NCBI RefSeq assembly: GCF_003918875.1
Contig: NW_025766414.1
Coordinates: 1,054,001 to 1,118,000 of the forward strand
DNA: 64,000 nucleotides
Direction: 5' to 3'
From: Haliotis rubra
Lineage: Eukaryota
The stretch's first letter is position 1; each line of letters begins with the position of its first letter. The notes under the pieces were generated by a model. The model made no database searches. It had not been told where the DNA came from and was given only the letters and a program-made list of their open reading frames with translations. Below, one piece after another: positions 1 through 14,033 of this stretch. Both the position numbers and the translations under genes were made by a program.

Positions 1-160
1 GTGAGTGAGTTTGGTTTTACGCCGCTTTTAGCAATATTCCTGCAATATCACGGCGGGGACACCAGAAATGGGCTTCACACATTGTACCCATGTGGGGATT
101 TGAACCCGGGTCTTCGGCGTGACGAGCAGACGCTTTACCCACTAATCTACCCCACCGCCC
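1..160 (-). mobile_element. tRNA-derived SINE, family A
   Basis: Minus strand reads GGGCGGTGGGGTAG... tRNA-like head with A/B boxes, body GGTACAATGTGTGAAGCCCATTTCTGGTGTCCCC, tail GCTAAAAGCGGCGTAAAACCAAAC(TCAC)n. About 10 related copies occur in the window. Confidence 0.9.
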
Positions 161-429
161 CATTGTCAAAGAACTTAGAATGAAATTTATCCATACTGTT
201 TTACAGAATCATAGTGCTTCAGCTGTGCAGTAGGTCTATGACAGTATATTCATCTGTTTCAGAATAAAAGTGTGACAAATAGACAATGATAGAAGAATCC
301 CTGTGAGCTGTTTAATCAACTTCTAAGTAACAGGTTCATCCTTTAAAACAATCTATGTAAAAAGCATAAGTGCACCATAAGTGCCTATAAATCAATGCCA
401 TTTACTATCAGTCTGATTGTTTAAAAAGA

Positions 430-590
430 CTGACTGAGTTTAGTTTTACGCCGCTTTTAGCATTATTCCAACAATATCACGGAGGGGGACACCAGAAATG
501 GGCTTAACACATTGTGCCCATGTGGGGAATCGAACCCGGGTCTTCGGCGTGACGAGCCAACGCTTTAACCACTAGGCTACCCCATCGCCC
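430..590 (-). mobile_element. tRNA-derived SINE, family A, full length with TSD
   Basis: Same consensus, flanked by the 13-bp direct repeat TTGTTTAAAAAGA (417-429 and 591-603). Confidence 0.92.
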
Positions 591-1809
591 TTGTTTAAAA
601 AGAACACTTACACTTACTACATAAGTTCATGACAGTAAGCAATATATTAATACATTTGTGTGCATTACCTGATAAAGTATATGAAGATAAAAGTTGCTAA
701 ATTATTTTATTAATTTATTACCATGGACTAACAAAAACAGAAATTTTCATCACAAGCATTTGCAGTTATTTTTACCAGCTTGTACCCCAAACACGTCTCT
801 GTTATGTCTTTTCATTATAGATTAGCAATCAATCCCATCACAAGTTGTCATGGCACCTAAATTGATTTTGCTATGACATCGTCTTCTGACACAGTGACAG
901 CCATTACAATGTACCTAAGCTTCTTTCAAAGCAAGTATAGCACTCAATCAACAAATCTACATGAGAACCAATATTGCCAATCAATAACAACCATTGCAGC
1001 CAGAAGTTAACAAAAGCTGTTTATGCTCTGGGAAGAGTTTTCGCGTAGAAATCAATATTGTGTCCATGGTACCATCTAAACACTGGGATTGGGTTACATT
1101 ATGAACTTGTAGAACCGGTTGCAGGCATCAAATATTCATTCCCTTGGCATAGCAGTCAGAGATGAACATGATGAATGTATCCGAAAGACACCATTAGCCA
1201 GAAATATTAAAAAGACCAACTTTATCCTTTTTAAACAGATATCATGCAATGTTAAAGTCACTTACCATGTTTACAGTTCAATAAAGACACAATTATTTAC
1301 TGACAATCATCAGATACTTTGTTACAAATATATAATAGCAATAATGGCACATAGGGCCTTTTGCAATTTGTTTGCTGTATGAAACTTAGTTTTGGTGTTA
1401 AAGGGCAATGACATTTCCAAATTTGACAGCATCAAAATTCACACATTTGCTGTCAAAATGTCGTAGCACAATGCACGATTTCAGATGGCAAAATATCAGA
1501 TGCGGTGATCAGCATGACTAGACTCACTGTCACCATGCCAGTGATGAAAATGAAGTATATTTTAACAAAAGATAGGGGTTCAAGGTGGGTTTCAGATCGT
1601 TTCATTTTCTTAATTGTTGTCTGATTGTTATGCAAAAGACAACAAAATGCATATATAATTCTAAAGTTTGGTAAAGTACCGGATGCAGCTAACTGTTGTG
1701 GTAATTGGTCAAGACTGTCGTCTCCAGAATTACCTGTCAGATTTATGAAATGTTAAATTCCTTTATAATGAAGTCCGAGTAAAATGTTTTGAACAACAGA
1801 ATTACTTAC

Positions 1810-2020
1810 ATCTAAGACCACGGACGAAGGTGCCCATGCATCCAGTATTCTGGTTTTGGTTCTTGGTCCTCACGGCGGGCACGTTTCCTCGGCGGTCCTG
1901 GTCCATGTACACCTGATCGGGGAGGTCGGGGTCATCCCGAATGTCTGGGGCATACCCTTCCATTCCCTCATCAACCCAAGCCGTGCGGGACTGGCTACTC
2001 GAAGGCCGATTCCTTGACAT
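1810..2020 (-). CDS. First coding exon of a polycystin-2 family (PKD2/PKD2L1-like) TRP channel; gene continues beyond position 1
   Basis: ATG at 2020, 70 codons plus 1 nt (MSRNRPSSSQSRTAW...GCMGTFVRGLR), then a GTAAGT donor (1804-1809), phase 1. The S-R-x-A-W motif and terminal VRGLR match my recollection of human PKD2 exon 1 (...SRQAW...RLVRGLR|G) and PKD2L1 (CCLHICQGIR|G). Confidence 0.7.
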
Positions 2021-2239
2021 CGCACTGTCACGAATTTACAAGCACGTAAAGTTTCACAAAGGTGAAGTGATTCTATATGGACGGAGTTTGACAAGGGGGG
2101 ACGCGATGTCCCAAACTTAGCGAGTACCACTAAAGAAGCTTGTGGTCGCCGCGCCTGCAAGGTGAAGACTGAGAAGATGCGCAAATATCAGCTACCGATG
2201 CTGTTTGACAGATCGATAAAAGTTTGTAGGCTCACAACT

Positions 2240-2300
2240 TTCTCAGCAACATGGCGGAAATTAGATGACGTCATACGACAACAACGTGTTGATTGGACAA
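2240..2300. promoter_or_regulatory. Putative promoter elements upstream of the PKD2-like gene
   Basis: CpG-rich region with CAACATGGCG (YY1-like, ~2248), perfect CRE TGACGTCA (2266-2273) and ATTGG/CCAAT box (~2292), 230-280 bp upstream of the ATG. Confidence 0.35.
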
Positions 2301-2936
2301 GAGCCACACAGCCCGTCCTGAAACGTTCGATTGATTTTATTTTAGATCCAGCTAAACCCCCATCTACCGACTACACTCGGGTACCAATAGGTTCAGAAAC
2401 ACACACGATGTTATAAAATAAGAACAATGAACGTTTATGTCGATATAGCCTGCAATATAATGAAGAACTTAATGCGTATTGGGAAGGTTATGAACCGGTT
2501 TGGGAATATGTACAGTGTCATAACTGAATGTTCAGTTCCATTCAAACCGGTTTGAGAATCTTTTTTTATCGCAAAACAAACCAACACATCTTCTATATAC
2601 AAATATGAGAAAACAAACTCTGAAGGTGAAATAAAAAAATATACGTTTTACTTTAAAATGGTCTCTGATATGTTATAGAGCGTAGTTTTATTATTTCGCT
2701 TTCATGTTCAACAGTTACATGCGCATTTGGTTTGGATATTAGGCCTATAGCCTACTAACGCTTACACAGGTTTAGAAGGGTACTTAGGGTAGCGTCTTAT
2801 ACCTGGCTTGGGGAACACGAATTCGGTTTATATTCTCGAGGTTTTCATCATATACTATCATCACTATCTGATCGACGGGTACTGCCCTAAACCGAGCACA
2901 AAAATATGAAGTGTATGTACCAATAAAATACACTTT

Positions 2937-3125
2937 CAGGGCGGATACAGCTTTTTTGAGAAAGGGGGGTAGCACACTCTTGAGAAAGTGGGGGCGCACA
3001 CTTCCTTTTCACGAGAGTTTCAATGGTCATTTAATAAACTGTTTATCGATCTGTTGTTGACTTTGGTGATTAAACAATTTGATGAAAAATGGAAGGATTC
3101 GAATTCATACGCGAAGTGCGCACCG
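2937..3125. mobile_element. MITE-like DNA transposon remnant
   Basis: Terminus CAGGGCGGATACAGCTTTTTT is the near reverse complement of AAAAAAGCTGTATCCGACCCTG at ~42793-42814. Confidence 0.5.
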
Positions 3126-3669
3126 ACTGCTCACGAATGAAACCTGCCATGCGGAGACACTGATTAAATACGTGCTATTTCCAAGACTAGTTAATAGTTG
3201 ATCTGTTTTTCAACGTACGCATGTGTTCTGCGGATCAAGATTTCAAAACCTAATCTCATGTATATGTGGTACATTTTCGCTACAAGACACGAATAGATAG
3301 AAAGGAATGATCTTTTAACAATCTGAAGTAAGATTATTTTTTTCAAGCATTTTTTATCGATAAAATTCCCATTTTACACCTTCCACTATATCCACACCCA
3401 TGCGATTCGCAGGACTGACTGATATTATTTTCCCTCCATTATCGTTGCAGTAGGAACTCCTATGCCTGCAGTGATGATGCTCACCATTGATATCAATCAC
3501 TGGTTTGTTTGGTCGAGGTTCGCCGTCAAATGGCTTGAATACTGCTGAATGGTGGGTTAAACAACAAACAGACGTTTAGTTTTAGAGCTAAAAAAACACA
3601 ACATGAGATATGAATTAATACAAGTGGTCTTAATGAATTCAAATCATCGTTTAAGATACACTATTTTTC

Positions 3670-3798
3670 TATTGCGTAGATCGATGCTCATGCTGTTGAT
3701 CACTGGATTGTCTTGTCCAGACTCGATTATTTTTACAGACCGCCGCCATATATAGCTGGAATATTGCTGAGTGCGGTGTAAAATTAAACTCACTCACT
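3670..3798 (+). mobile_element. SINE-like interspersed repeat family B, 3' part
   Basis: GATCGATGCTCATGCTGTTGATCACTGGATTGTC..CCAGACTCGATTATTT..ACAGACCGCCGCCATATAGCTGGAATATTGCTGAGTGCGG..AAACTCACTCAC. Related copies at ~11853, 14034, 22320, 52165 and 58256. Confidence 0.8.
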
Positions 3799-5454
3799 AA
3801 TATTTTAGTTAATCATGTTTCTTGGAATTTAACAATACACTAATATAGCTATGTAACAATCAAAAACGAAATAAGAACTTTGATCGACATCATGACTCAA
3901 GAACAAACAAGCTAAATTATTATTTACGCTGTGATGCCCAAAATACTTTTGATACATAAGCGGACCGTTATCGTCACATGGTCCCTGGGATGGACGGAGG
4001 AGTTAGGGAATGGATCCGTAGCTGCTGTCGGTTGCGTCAGCGTGGTCAAATCTCTCGGCCGGACGATATAAGCGGATCGCCATAATGCCTTCTACAAGAA
4101 CGACGTCAATTGCCCCGTACTACCTCCAGGAATACTGAGACCCCAGATTGTTTCTGACTGTGATCCGACACGGAATGTTTAGCTGTTTGTCGACGTTCGA
4201 TTTCCTATTTGTCATATGATAAGAAGACAGAAAATGCCAAAACCAATGCATATCGTCTATACAAGGCAATGAGGATGTTGACAGCGCTCTACAAAGACTG
4301 AAACTGAAAGTTTCGCAAAACAAGTGCAATTTGTAACCATTCGCATCCTCTAATGAATACATCGAAATTTATAAAGAGTAGAGTACAAAAGCCCCCTCTT
4401 GCTATAAGTGTCCGAACAACGAAGAGAAAGCCCTATGTCAAACCCTACTTGAAAAAGCCTGAAGTTATCACATGACGAAAAGATCGGGGAAAGACGATAA
4501 TGGTAAGAGAATGGCAGGCCTCTTGCTAAACCCCGGCTAATATTATATGGTCTCTGATAGAAGTGATGCGTAGCTTTACAAGTACACGCGCTCATAGACA
4601 GCAGACAGAGCGAACTCTATGAGGCAGCAGACACAGATATCCATGAATATTGTAAAACGGCAAAGCGACTAAAAAAGATACGGGCCAAGTTCGCTAATTT
4701 TATAAATTTTACAAAAGTAGTGAAACCGAAGGTATTTATGGCACCTTCGGCAAATATTGTAAATCACATTTCCCGACTGTTCTTTTGCTAACGGCGAAAT
4801 ATGTTCAGTCACAGATACTGAAAATAATGAAACATCAGCCCCTGAAAACGAAGTAACTGTAAGTGCCTATTGAAGAGGCCACTCAGCTACACAAAGTAAA
4901 GTAAAATGGATAAAAAAACCAACCCATCTATAAGACCCGATGGGCTCACAGATGAACATGTTAAGTATTGAACAACTTTATTAAAGTATATTATGTTATC
5001 AGTCAATGCTGTATTTTGACAGTCAAAAACATTCGCAAACCCCTTTGCGACCGATGGAGAGGAATTGCGACCAAAGAGACCATGTTTGAGACCATGGAGA
5101 CCGCGTCGAGACTAATTTGCGACCGTATTGCGAGTCTTAGCGAGTGATGCAGAGTGAACCGAGACAATTTTAGGTCGTAATTCGGTCACCTGCCCGGTGT
5201 AACCGGGGTGTTACATCTCTGTGTACGTCTGTGTTACCCTTGTTGGTTTCAAGTCTTATCTGTTCTCTGCCAAACATGGTGTAGGTCAGGGTCATGTCAT
5301 ATCAGCATGGCTTTTCACTCCGTGTTTCAACGATTTGCTTCATGAACTAACTCCGGTTCATGAACTATGCCAGGAACACTGTTAGCAGATGGCATGACCA
5401 TGCTTAGCTGTCATCCAACGAACATACAAAATGCACCCAAACGTTGCAGAAACA

Positions 5455-8400
5455 TCTGTCGACCTACCTATCTACCTCCACCTGCCTATCTGTATTTCCG
5501 TCGACCTCATACCTGCCCGTCAAATAGTCTGACTGTCTACCTTTCTACCGACCTACTTGTCTACCTCCACCTGTCCGTCAATTAGTCTGACTGTCTACCT
5601 TTCTACAGACCTACCTGTCTACCTCCACCTGCCCGTCAAATAGTCTGACTGTCTACCTTTCTACCGACCTACCTGTCTACCTCCATCTGTCCGTCCATCC
5701 ATCTGACTGTCTACCTTTCTACCGACCTACCTGTCTACCTCCACCTGTCCGTCAAATAGTCTGACTGTCTACCTTTCTACCGACCTACCTGTCTACCTCC
5801 ACCTGTCCGTCAATTAGTCTGACTGTCTACCTTTCTACCGACCTACCTGTCTACCTCCATCTGTCCGTCCATCCATCTGACTGTCTACCTTTCTACCGAC
5901 CTACCTGTCTACCTCCACCTGTCCGTCAAATAGTCTGACTGTCTACCTTTCTACCGACCTACCTGTCTACCTCCACCTGTCCGTCAAATAGTCTGACTGT
6001 CTACCTTTCTACCGACCTACCTGTCTACCTCCACCTGTCCGTCAAATAGTCTGACTGTCTACCTTTCTACCGACCTACCTGTCTACCTCCACCTGCCCGT
6101 CAAATAGTCTGACTGTCTACCTTTCTATCGACCTACCTGTCTACCTCCACCTGTCCGTCAAATAGTCTGACTGTCTACCTTTCTACCGACCTACCTGTCT
6201 ACCTCCACCTGTCCGTCAAATAGTCTGACTGTCTACCTTTCTACCGACCTACCTGTCTACCTCCACCTGTCCGTCATCCAGTCTGACTGTCTACCTTTCT
6301 ACCGACCTACCTGTCTACCTCCACCTGTCCGTCAAATAGTCTGACTGTCTACCTTTCTACCGACCTACCTGTCTACCTCCACCTGCCCGTCAAATAGTCT
6401 GACTGTCTACCTTTCTACCGACCTACCTGTCTACCTCCACCTGTCCGTCCATCCATCTGACTGTCTACCTTTCTACCGACCTACCTGTCTTACCTCCACC
6501 TGCCGGTCAAATAGTTCTGACTGTCTCACCTTTCTACCGACCTACCTGTCTACCTCCACCTGCCCGTCAAATAGTCTGACTGTCTACCTTTCTACCGACC
6601 TACCTGTCTACCTCCACCTGTCCGTCCATCCAGTCTGACTGTCTACCTTTCTACCGACCTACCTGTCTACCTACCCACCTGTCCGTCACATCCAGTCCGT
6701 GACTGTCTGACCTTACCTTTCTACCGACCTACCTGTCTACCTCCACCTGTCCGTCCATCCATCTGACTGTCTACCTTTCTACCGACCTACCTGTCTACCT
6801 CCATCTGTCCGTCCTCCATCTGTCCTGTCTACCTTTCTACCGTCTACCTGTCTACCTCCACCTGTCCGTGACTGTCTACCTTTCTACCTCGTCTACTCCA
6901 CCTCTGACTGTCTACCTACCGACCTACCTGTCTACCTCCACCTGTCCGTCCATCCATCTGACTGTCTACCTTTCTACCGACCTACCTGTCTACCTCCACC
7001 TGTCCGTCCATCCATCTGACTGTCTACCTTTCTACCGACCTACCTGTCTACCTCCACCTGTCCGTCCATCCATCTGACTGTCTACCTTTCTACCGACCTA
7101 CCTGTCTACCTCCACCTGTCCGTCAAATAGTCTGACTGTCTACCTTTCTACCGACCTACCTGTCTACCTCCACCTGTCCGTCAAATAGTCTGACTGTCTC
7201 TACCGACCTACCTTCTACCCCACCTGTCCGTCAATTAGTCTGACTGTCTACCTTTCTCCTACCTGCCCTACCTCCATCGTCCATCCCTGACTGTCTACCT
7301 TTCTACCGACCTACCTGTCACCTCCACCCGTCCGTCAAATAGTCTGACTGTCTACCTTTCTACCGACCTGTCACCTCCATCTGTCCGTCCATCCAGTCTG
7401 ACTGTCTACCTTTCTACCGACCTACCTGTCTACCTCCACCTGTCTGTCCATTAGTCTGACTGTCTCTACTTTCTACCGACCTACCTGTCTACCTCCACCT
7501 GTCCGTCACCAGTCTGACTGTCTACCTTTCTACCGACCTACCTGTCTACCTCCACCTGTCCGTGCGGCACCACCGACCTACCTGTCTACCTCCACCTGTC
7601 AAATAGTCTGACTGTCTGACCTTCTACCGACCTTCCTCCTACCTCCACCTGCCCGTCATCCAGTCTGACTCCGTTCACTTTCTACCGACCTACCTGTCTA
7701 CCTCCACCTGTCCGTCCAGTCCTGACCTTTCTACCGACCTACCTGTCTACCTCAACCTACCGACCTACCCTTTCTCTACGTCAATTAGTCTGACTGTACC
7801 TTTCCACGACCCACCTGTCACTCTCCACCTGTCCGTCACCAGTCTGACTGTCTACCTTTCTACCGACCTGTACCCTCCACCTGTCCATCCAGTCTGACTG
7901 TCTACCTTTCTATCGACCTACCTGTCTACCTCCACCTGTCCGTCAACCAGTCTGACTGTTCTACCTTTCTACCGACCTACCTGTCTACCTCCACCTGCCC
8001 GTCAAATCCAGTCTGACTGTCTACCTTTCTACCGACCTACCCTGACCTGTCTACTCTATCGACCTCACCTCCACCTGTCCGTCCGTCCATCCATCTGACT
8101 GTTCTACCTTTCTACCGACCTACCTGTCTACCTCCACCTGTCCGTCAACCAGTCTGACTGTCTACCTTTCTATCGACCTACCTGTCTACCTCCACCTACC
8201 TGTCTGACTACCACTGTACCGACCTTTCACTCCTCGACCCGTCCGTCAAATAGTTTGACTGTCTACCTGTTCTACCTTTCTACCGACCTACCTCTGTCTC
8301 CTCCAGCCCAGTTCGTCTCCCTGTCCGTCCATCCATCTGACTGTCTACCTTTCTACCGACCTACCTGTCTACCTCCACCTGTCCGTCCATCCATCTGACT

Positions 8401-10677
8401 GTCTACCTTGTCTACCGACCTGTCTCACCTACCACCTGTCCGTCCGTCAAATAGTCTGACTGTCTACCTTTCTACCGACCTACCTGTCTACCTCACCTCC
8501 ACCTGTCCGTCATCCATCTGACTGTCTACCTTTCTACCGACCTACCTGTCTACCTCCACCTGTCCGTCAAACAGTCTGACTGTCTACACCTTTCTATCGA
8601 CCTACCTGTCTACCTCCCACCTCTACCGACTCCACCATCCATCTGACTGTCTACCTTTCTACCGACCTACCTGCCCTACCTCCACCTGTCCGTCAAATAG
8701 TCTGACTGTCTACCTTTCTACCGACCTACCTGTCTACCTCCCACCTGTCCGTCAAACAGTCTGACTGTCTACCTCCACTCGACCTTACCTTTCACCTCCA
8801 CCCGTCCTGCCTGTCTACCTTCTCCACCTGTCCCTCCACCTGACGGTTAGTCATCTGTCTACCCATTCTACCGACCCTACCGCCCCACCTCCACCTGCCC
8901 CGTGTGACATCTGTTCTACCTTTCTACCGACCTACCTGTCTACCTCCTCCACCTGTCCGTCATACCTTTCTGATATGTTACCTCCACCGCCCGTCAAAAC
9001 CTGACCTCACTCCTCTACCTCACGAGTCCACCTGTCCGTCAATTCCATCTGACTGTCTACCTTTCTATCGACCTGTCTACCTCCACCTGTCCGTCAATTA
9101 GTCTGACTGTCTACCTTTCTACCGACCTACCTGTCTACCTCCACCCTGTCCGTCCTACCTCCATCTGTCCGTCCATCCATCTGACTGTTCACCTTCTACC
9201 GACCTAGCCTGCTCACCCCCTGTCCGTCAACAGTCTGACTGTTCACCTTCTACCGACCTACCTGTCTACCTCCACCTGTCCGTCAATTAGTCTGACTGTC
9301 TACCTTTCTACCGACCTACCTGTCTACCTCCCCACCTGTCCCGTCAATTAGTCTGACTGTCTACCTGTCTACCTCCATCGTCCACCTACCTGTCTACCTT
9401 TCTACCTGTCCTACCTGTCTACCTCCATCCATCTGTCTGACTGTCACCTTTCTACCGACCTACCTGTCTACCTCCACCTGCCCGTCAAATAGTCTGACTG
9501 TCTACCTTTCTACCGACCTACCTGTCTACCTCCACCTGTCCTCCATTAGTCTGACTGTCTACCTTTCTACCGACCTACATGTCTACCTCCACCTGTCCGT
9601 CAAATCAGTCTGACTATCTACCTTTCTACCGACCTACCTGTCTACCTCCACCTGTCCGTCAAATAGTCTGACTGTCTACCTTCTACCGACCTACCTGTCT
9701 ACCTCCTACCTGTCCGTCAAATAGTCCTCCTTCTACCGACTGGTACCTGTCTACCTCCACCTGTCCGCCCATCCATCTGACCTGTCTACCTTTCTACCGA
9801 CCTACCTGTCTACCTCCACCTGTCCGTCAAATAGTCTGACTGTCTACCTTTCTACCGACCTACCTGTCACCTCCACCTGTCCGTCAAATAGTCTGACTGT
9901 CTACCTTTCTACCGACCTACCTGTCTACCTCCACCTGTCCGTCAAATAGTCTGACTGTCTACCTTTCTACCGACCTACCTGTCTACCTCCACCTGTCCGT
10001 CCATCCATCTGACTGTCTACCTTTCTACCGACCTACCTGTCTACCTCCACCTGTCCGTCAAATAGTCTGCTCTGTCTACCTTTCTACCGACCTTACCTGT
10101 CTACCTCCACCTGCCCGTCAAATAGTCTGACTGTCTACCTTTCTACCGACCTACCTGTCTACCTCTACCTGTCCGTCAATTAGTCTGACTGTCTACCTTT
10201 CTACCGACCTACCTGTCTACCTCCACCTGTCCGTCCATCCATCTGACTGTCTACCTTTCTACCGACCTACCTGTCTACCTCCACCTGTCCGTCAATTAGT
10301 CTGACTGTCTACCTTTCTACCGACCTACCTGTCTACCTCCACCTGTCCGTCCAACCAGTCTGACTGTCTACCTTTCTACCGACCTACCTGTCTACCTCCA
10401 CCTGTCCGTCAATTAGTCTGACTGTCTACCTTTCTATCGACCTACCTGTCTACCTCCACCCTCCGTCAAATAGTCTGTCTACCTCCCACCTGTCCGTCAA
10501 ATAGTCTGACTGTCTACCTTCTACCGACCTACCTGTCTACCTCTACCTGTCCGTCAACCAGTCTGACTGTCTACCTTTCTACCGACCTACCTGTCACCTC
10601 CACCTGTCTGATCCATCCATCTGACTGTCTACCTTTTGACACCATTTTATTGAATACCTGACTGGCTCCACCTGTCC

Positions 10678-10680
<3 letters not shown>
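5455..10680. repeat. 58-bp satellite array, about 90 copies, ~5.2 kb
   Basis: Unit CTGACTGTCTACCTTTCTACCGACCTACCTGTCTACCTCCACCTGTCCGTCAAATAGT (period 5761 to 5819 = 58). End variants are CAAATAGT, CAATTAGT and CCATCCAT. Confidence 0.97.

Positions 10681-10728
<48 letters not shown>
10681..10728. repeat. (TG)n microsatellite
   Basis: About 24 TG units abutting the end of the satellite. Confidence 0.95.
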
Positions 10729-10731
<3 letters not shown>

Positions 10732-11852
10732 GTGTCTCTGCGTGTGCGCGCGCGCGTGTGGTTTGCTCAACAGGCTGAAAAGTATCGATTTGATTATTTT
10801 TAACACCCGTTTAAAAATGTCTAAATCGCTGTATTTCCAAGATGAAATATTATTCACTTATGTAGGACTTAACGATTACCGAACAGTTTTATTGCAATTA
10901 CTTTAGATATTTTTGTTCTAAGTGTCTGTGGCGTGCAATGTTGAAGAATCCAGCGAAACACTAGACGGGGAATGAATAAGTAATTTCAATAAAAACATCA
11001 ATGCCAGTATATTTGTTTTATTGGTCTCGAAACATACCAACAAGCCGTGTGAGTGAAATCAATACACGTGAAGCTGTGGGTACGTCTATAATTCTGTCAG
11101 TCTTTATATCGTTTTCTTTGAGATATGTTTCTTGGGCCTGTGCCAGACTGTCACAGCGAGGTTAACCAGGGTGGTCTTTGTGTGTCGTATGTCGACTAAC
11201 AGTATGGTTATTGATTAGGGGACGTTTCGTGGTTACGCGTAAACAGCCTTCAATAGGAGAGATATTTTTGTTGTTTTGACATTCTGAATAGGTGTTAGGT
11301 GGCTTGAAGTACACACTTTCCTAGCATACTTACATTGTCTTCATCGGTATTTGTATAATTCTACTACCTAAACTTCAGTGCTGAACGAAAAACATTTAGG
11401 AATAGGATTTCTTATATTTTCTATCGAACACGAAAAAATGTGTTATTAGACACAAGTAGACACGTAATTTGTAGAAAAAATTGTATCCTGTATTCCTGAA
11501 ACCTGTATCCGTTTGATGTAAGAAGCAATGTAGTTTTAGTTAACAATGTTGTTTGTGCAAAGCCTACTACTCTCGCAAAGAAAATACGTCGCAGAACAGG
11601 CTAGGGGTACGCTGACGCAAAACTTTCTATTCGCAGAATATTTTCGGTTTACAGTAAACACTGTGGACATGAAAACTCGGCAAATAATTAACATCAAACC
11701 ACTTGTTACCAGCGGAAGCCGGGGAATGGTTACTGTTGGGAAAAGATGGTAGCTAAACATGAAACAAACAAGGACTGTTTATGTGAAGGTTGTGTATTTC
11801 ATATACGGGTATCCCATCTGTGTTTTGAACATTAAATTTGCAGCATTTCTTT

Positions 11853-12020
11853 CCGGGTTAGAATTGGTTAACGGGATCGAGTGGGACTGGCTTGGTTGAC
11901 ACATGTCATCGTATCCCAACTGCGTAGATAGATGCTCATGATTTTGATCACTGGATTGTCTGGTCCAGACTCGATTATTTACAAACCACTCCCAAATAGT
12001 GTGGCGTTAAACAACAAACA
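11853..12020 (+). mobile_element. Family B SINE-like repeat
   Basis: CCGGGTTAGAATTGG...CTTGGTTGACACATGTCATCGTATCCCAA..GATCACTGGATTGTCTGGTCCAGACTCG...GGCGTTAAACAACAAAC. Confidence 0.8.
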
Positions 12021-12165
12021 AGCATTTAGGTAACATTTGTAAACCTAAAGTCAAATGCAAGTGTATGCTTTCTTCTACAACCTATGAATAACGTAACTTT
12101 TTACCAACTTTCCCTAACTTTCTTTAAAAATATGTTCACCACCTACTAACCGTTTATGAGATGTA

Positions 12166-12517
12166 GGTGAGGTGAAATTGGGTTTAACGTCGTGCTTGAG
12201 AATATTTCGCTCATATGACGACGTGCATGCGTGTGTATGTGAGTGTGCAGCTGCTTGTACTAGCCCAGACTGAAGCTGGTTTTATAGTGCTAGCCCACTG
12301 AGATACCACCCCGCAGTGAAGCATGAATACCCCACTCAAACACATTATACTGACTCCGAGCCGACCAGACCTTGTTGTACCCATTAATGCTGAGCGCCAG
12401 GCAGGGACCAACAAGTACCATATTTTAACGTCTTTTGGAATGACGCGGTCGGGGATCGAACCCGCGACTTTCCGCTCTCCGGGCGGACGCTCTAGCCACT
12501 ACACCACGGAGGCGGTC
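12166..12517 (-). mobile_element. tRNA-derived SINE, family C, full length with 12-bp TSD
   Basis: tRNA-like head GACCGCCTCCGTGGTGTAGTGGCTAGAGCGTCCGCC...GGGTTCGATCCCC; TSD TTATGAGATGTA at 12154-12165 and 12518-12529. Confidence 0.88.
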
Positions 12518-13423
12518 TTATGAGATGTAAATACTATTTTAATGTCAAATGTTCATAAGAAAATGTAACAAACGCATCTGATGTTAACCATTGAACGCAT
12601 GCGGGCCACATCCAAATGGTCAATAACATCCATGTTTCCGTGACTACCCCAACAAGACACAGGTGAACATATGTCCAGCTGAACATCAACTACAGGGACC
12701 TCTGATTGTCGTCCACAGCTTCGTGGCAGGGCGCTTGTTACAGTCATTGTCATACATCCCCAGCTGACAACGGGACACAACGCTATGACGTCATTGCATG
12801 CGTCCACATATGTCGTTGCGGTCAAGTCGACAATGACCTGATACGGTCCATTACAGCTTGATTATCGGGGAGATAGCATGATCCCCGTCCTTATCATACC
12901 AATTCTTGAATTTTGTTCCCCGGATTACTTTGCCATGTAAGTCAGGTGTAGAGGGTTATCAAAGATGATATTCATTTGTTTTTCACGGTGGAATTACGAA
13001 GATTACAATAATACACAATACGTATACAAGAGTATATTTCACACATAATCAGACTTGCATGGAAGTCCGTAACAATGGGAGATTGGTCCTGTTAAAATAA
13101 ACATTATTTTTAAAATGATCGTTGTGATATATCTCGACGTTTTAGATAAATATGAGGAAAATTCCAGTTTGGTATAACCAAGAACACGTTTATGGATCTG
13201 ACTGGCCAGGATCATTAGACGATTCTGAGACTGGATAACTAGATCCTCATCAGTTAAACCATTCAGATGACTAATTCATTCACTTGGATTCGATTTGATA
13301 TAATTTTGATTATGAAATTATAAGTCATATTCATCTCAATTCCGTAATGTGGACAAAAGAGATAGGCTGGTTATAATTTTAAAAATGGCCACTTTCAACA
13401 ATCATGTCTCGAATGTCTGGCGG

Positions 13424-13580
13424 GTGAGTGAGTGAGTGAGTTTAGTTTTACGCCGCTTTTAGCAATATTCCAGCAACATCACGGCGGGGGACACCAGAAA
13501 TGGGCTTCACACATTGTACCCATGTGGGGAATCGAACCCGGGTCTTCGGCTTGACGAGCCAACGCTGTAACCACTGGGCT
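13424..13580 (-). mobile_element. tRNA-derived SINE, family A
   Basis: (GTGA)n tail plus family A body and tRNA head. Confidence 0.9.
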
Positions 13581-14033
13581 GTGAATGGGTTGTATGTGAT
13601 GTCATTTTGAACATTATTTTTAGGAATACTTACATCCCAGGCACCTCACAGTCGTTATATCTCACTTTGGACCACCTTTCTGATATTCGGGTATTGGAGT
13701 TCCCCGTTCTGTCAATGGCTCAAGAATATCACAATTAGGGAGACAGATGAAACTATTTTTGGTGCATAACATATGTTAACTGTGTTACTTGCAAGTACGA
13801 TCAGACTATGAAATGCATGATATACATTTAATTTAAAGTTTTTGCATAAAGTTGAAAAACTGTGAAACAAATGTTGGAAACTGACTTTTGTAAAACGGCA
13901 ACATCAGATTCGATTCAGAGTACGTTTCTTTGCAGCTAAATGTGATCAAATGGGATTCATTGTGTTTTCCATTTAGTATAGAAAACCGTTCATTCTAAGT
14001 ACATGTTTCATTGTATTTTTTCCATGTGTTCGC

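Noticed and set aside
3960-4620. CpG-rich stretch that might be a first exon or transposase remnant
   Set aside because: No recognisable protein motif or convincing splice structure; left unannotated.
5367-10906. ORFs within the 58-bp satellite and (TG)n; CRISPR-like appearance of repeat plus variable 8-mer
   Set aside because: These are translations of repeats. The variable part has only about three recurring variants, not unique spacers, and the context is eukaryotic with no cas genes.
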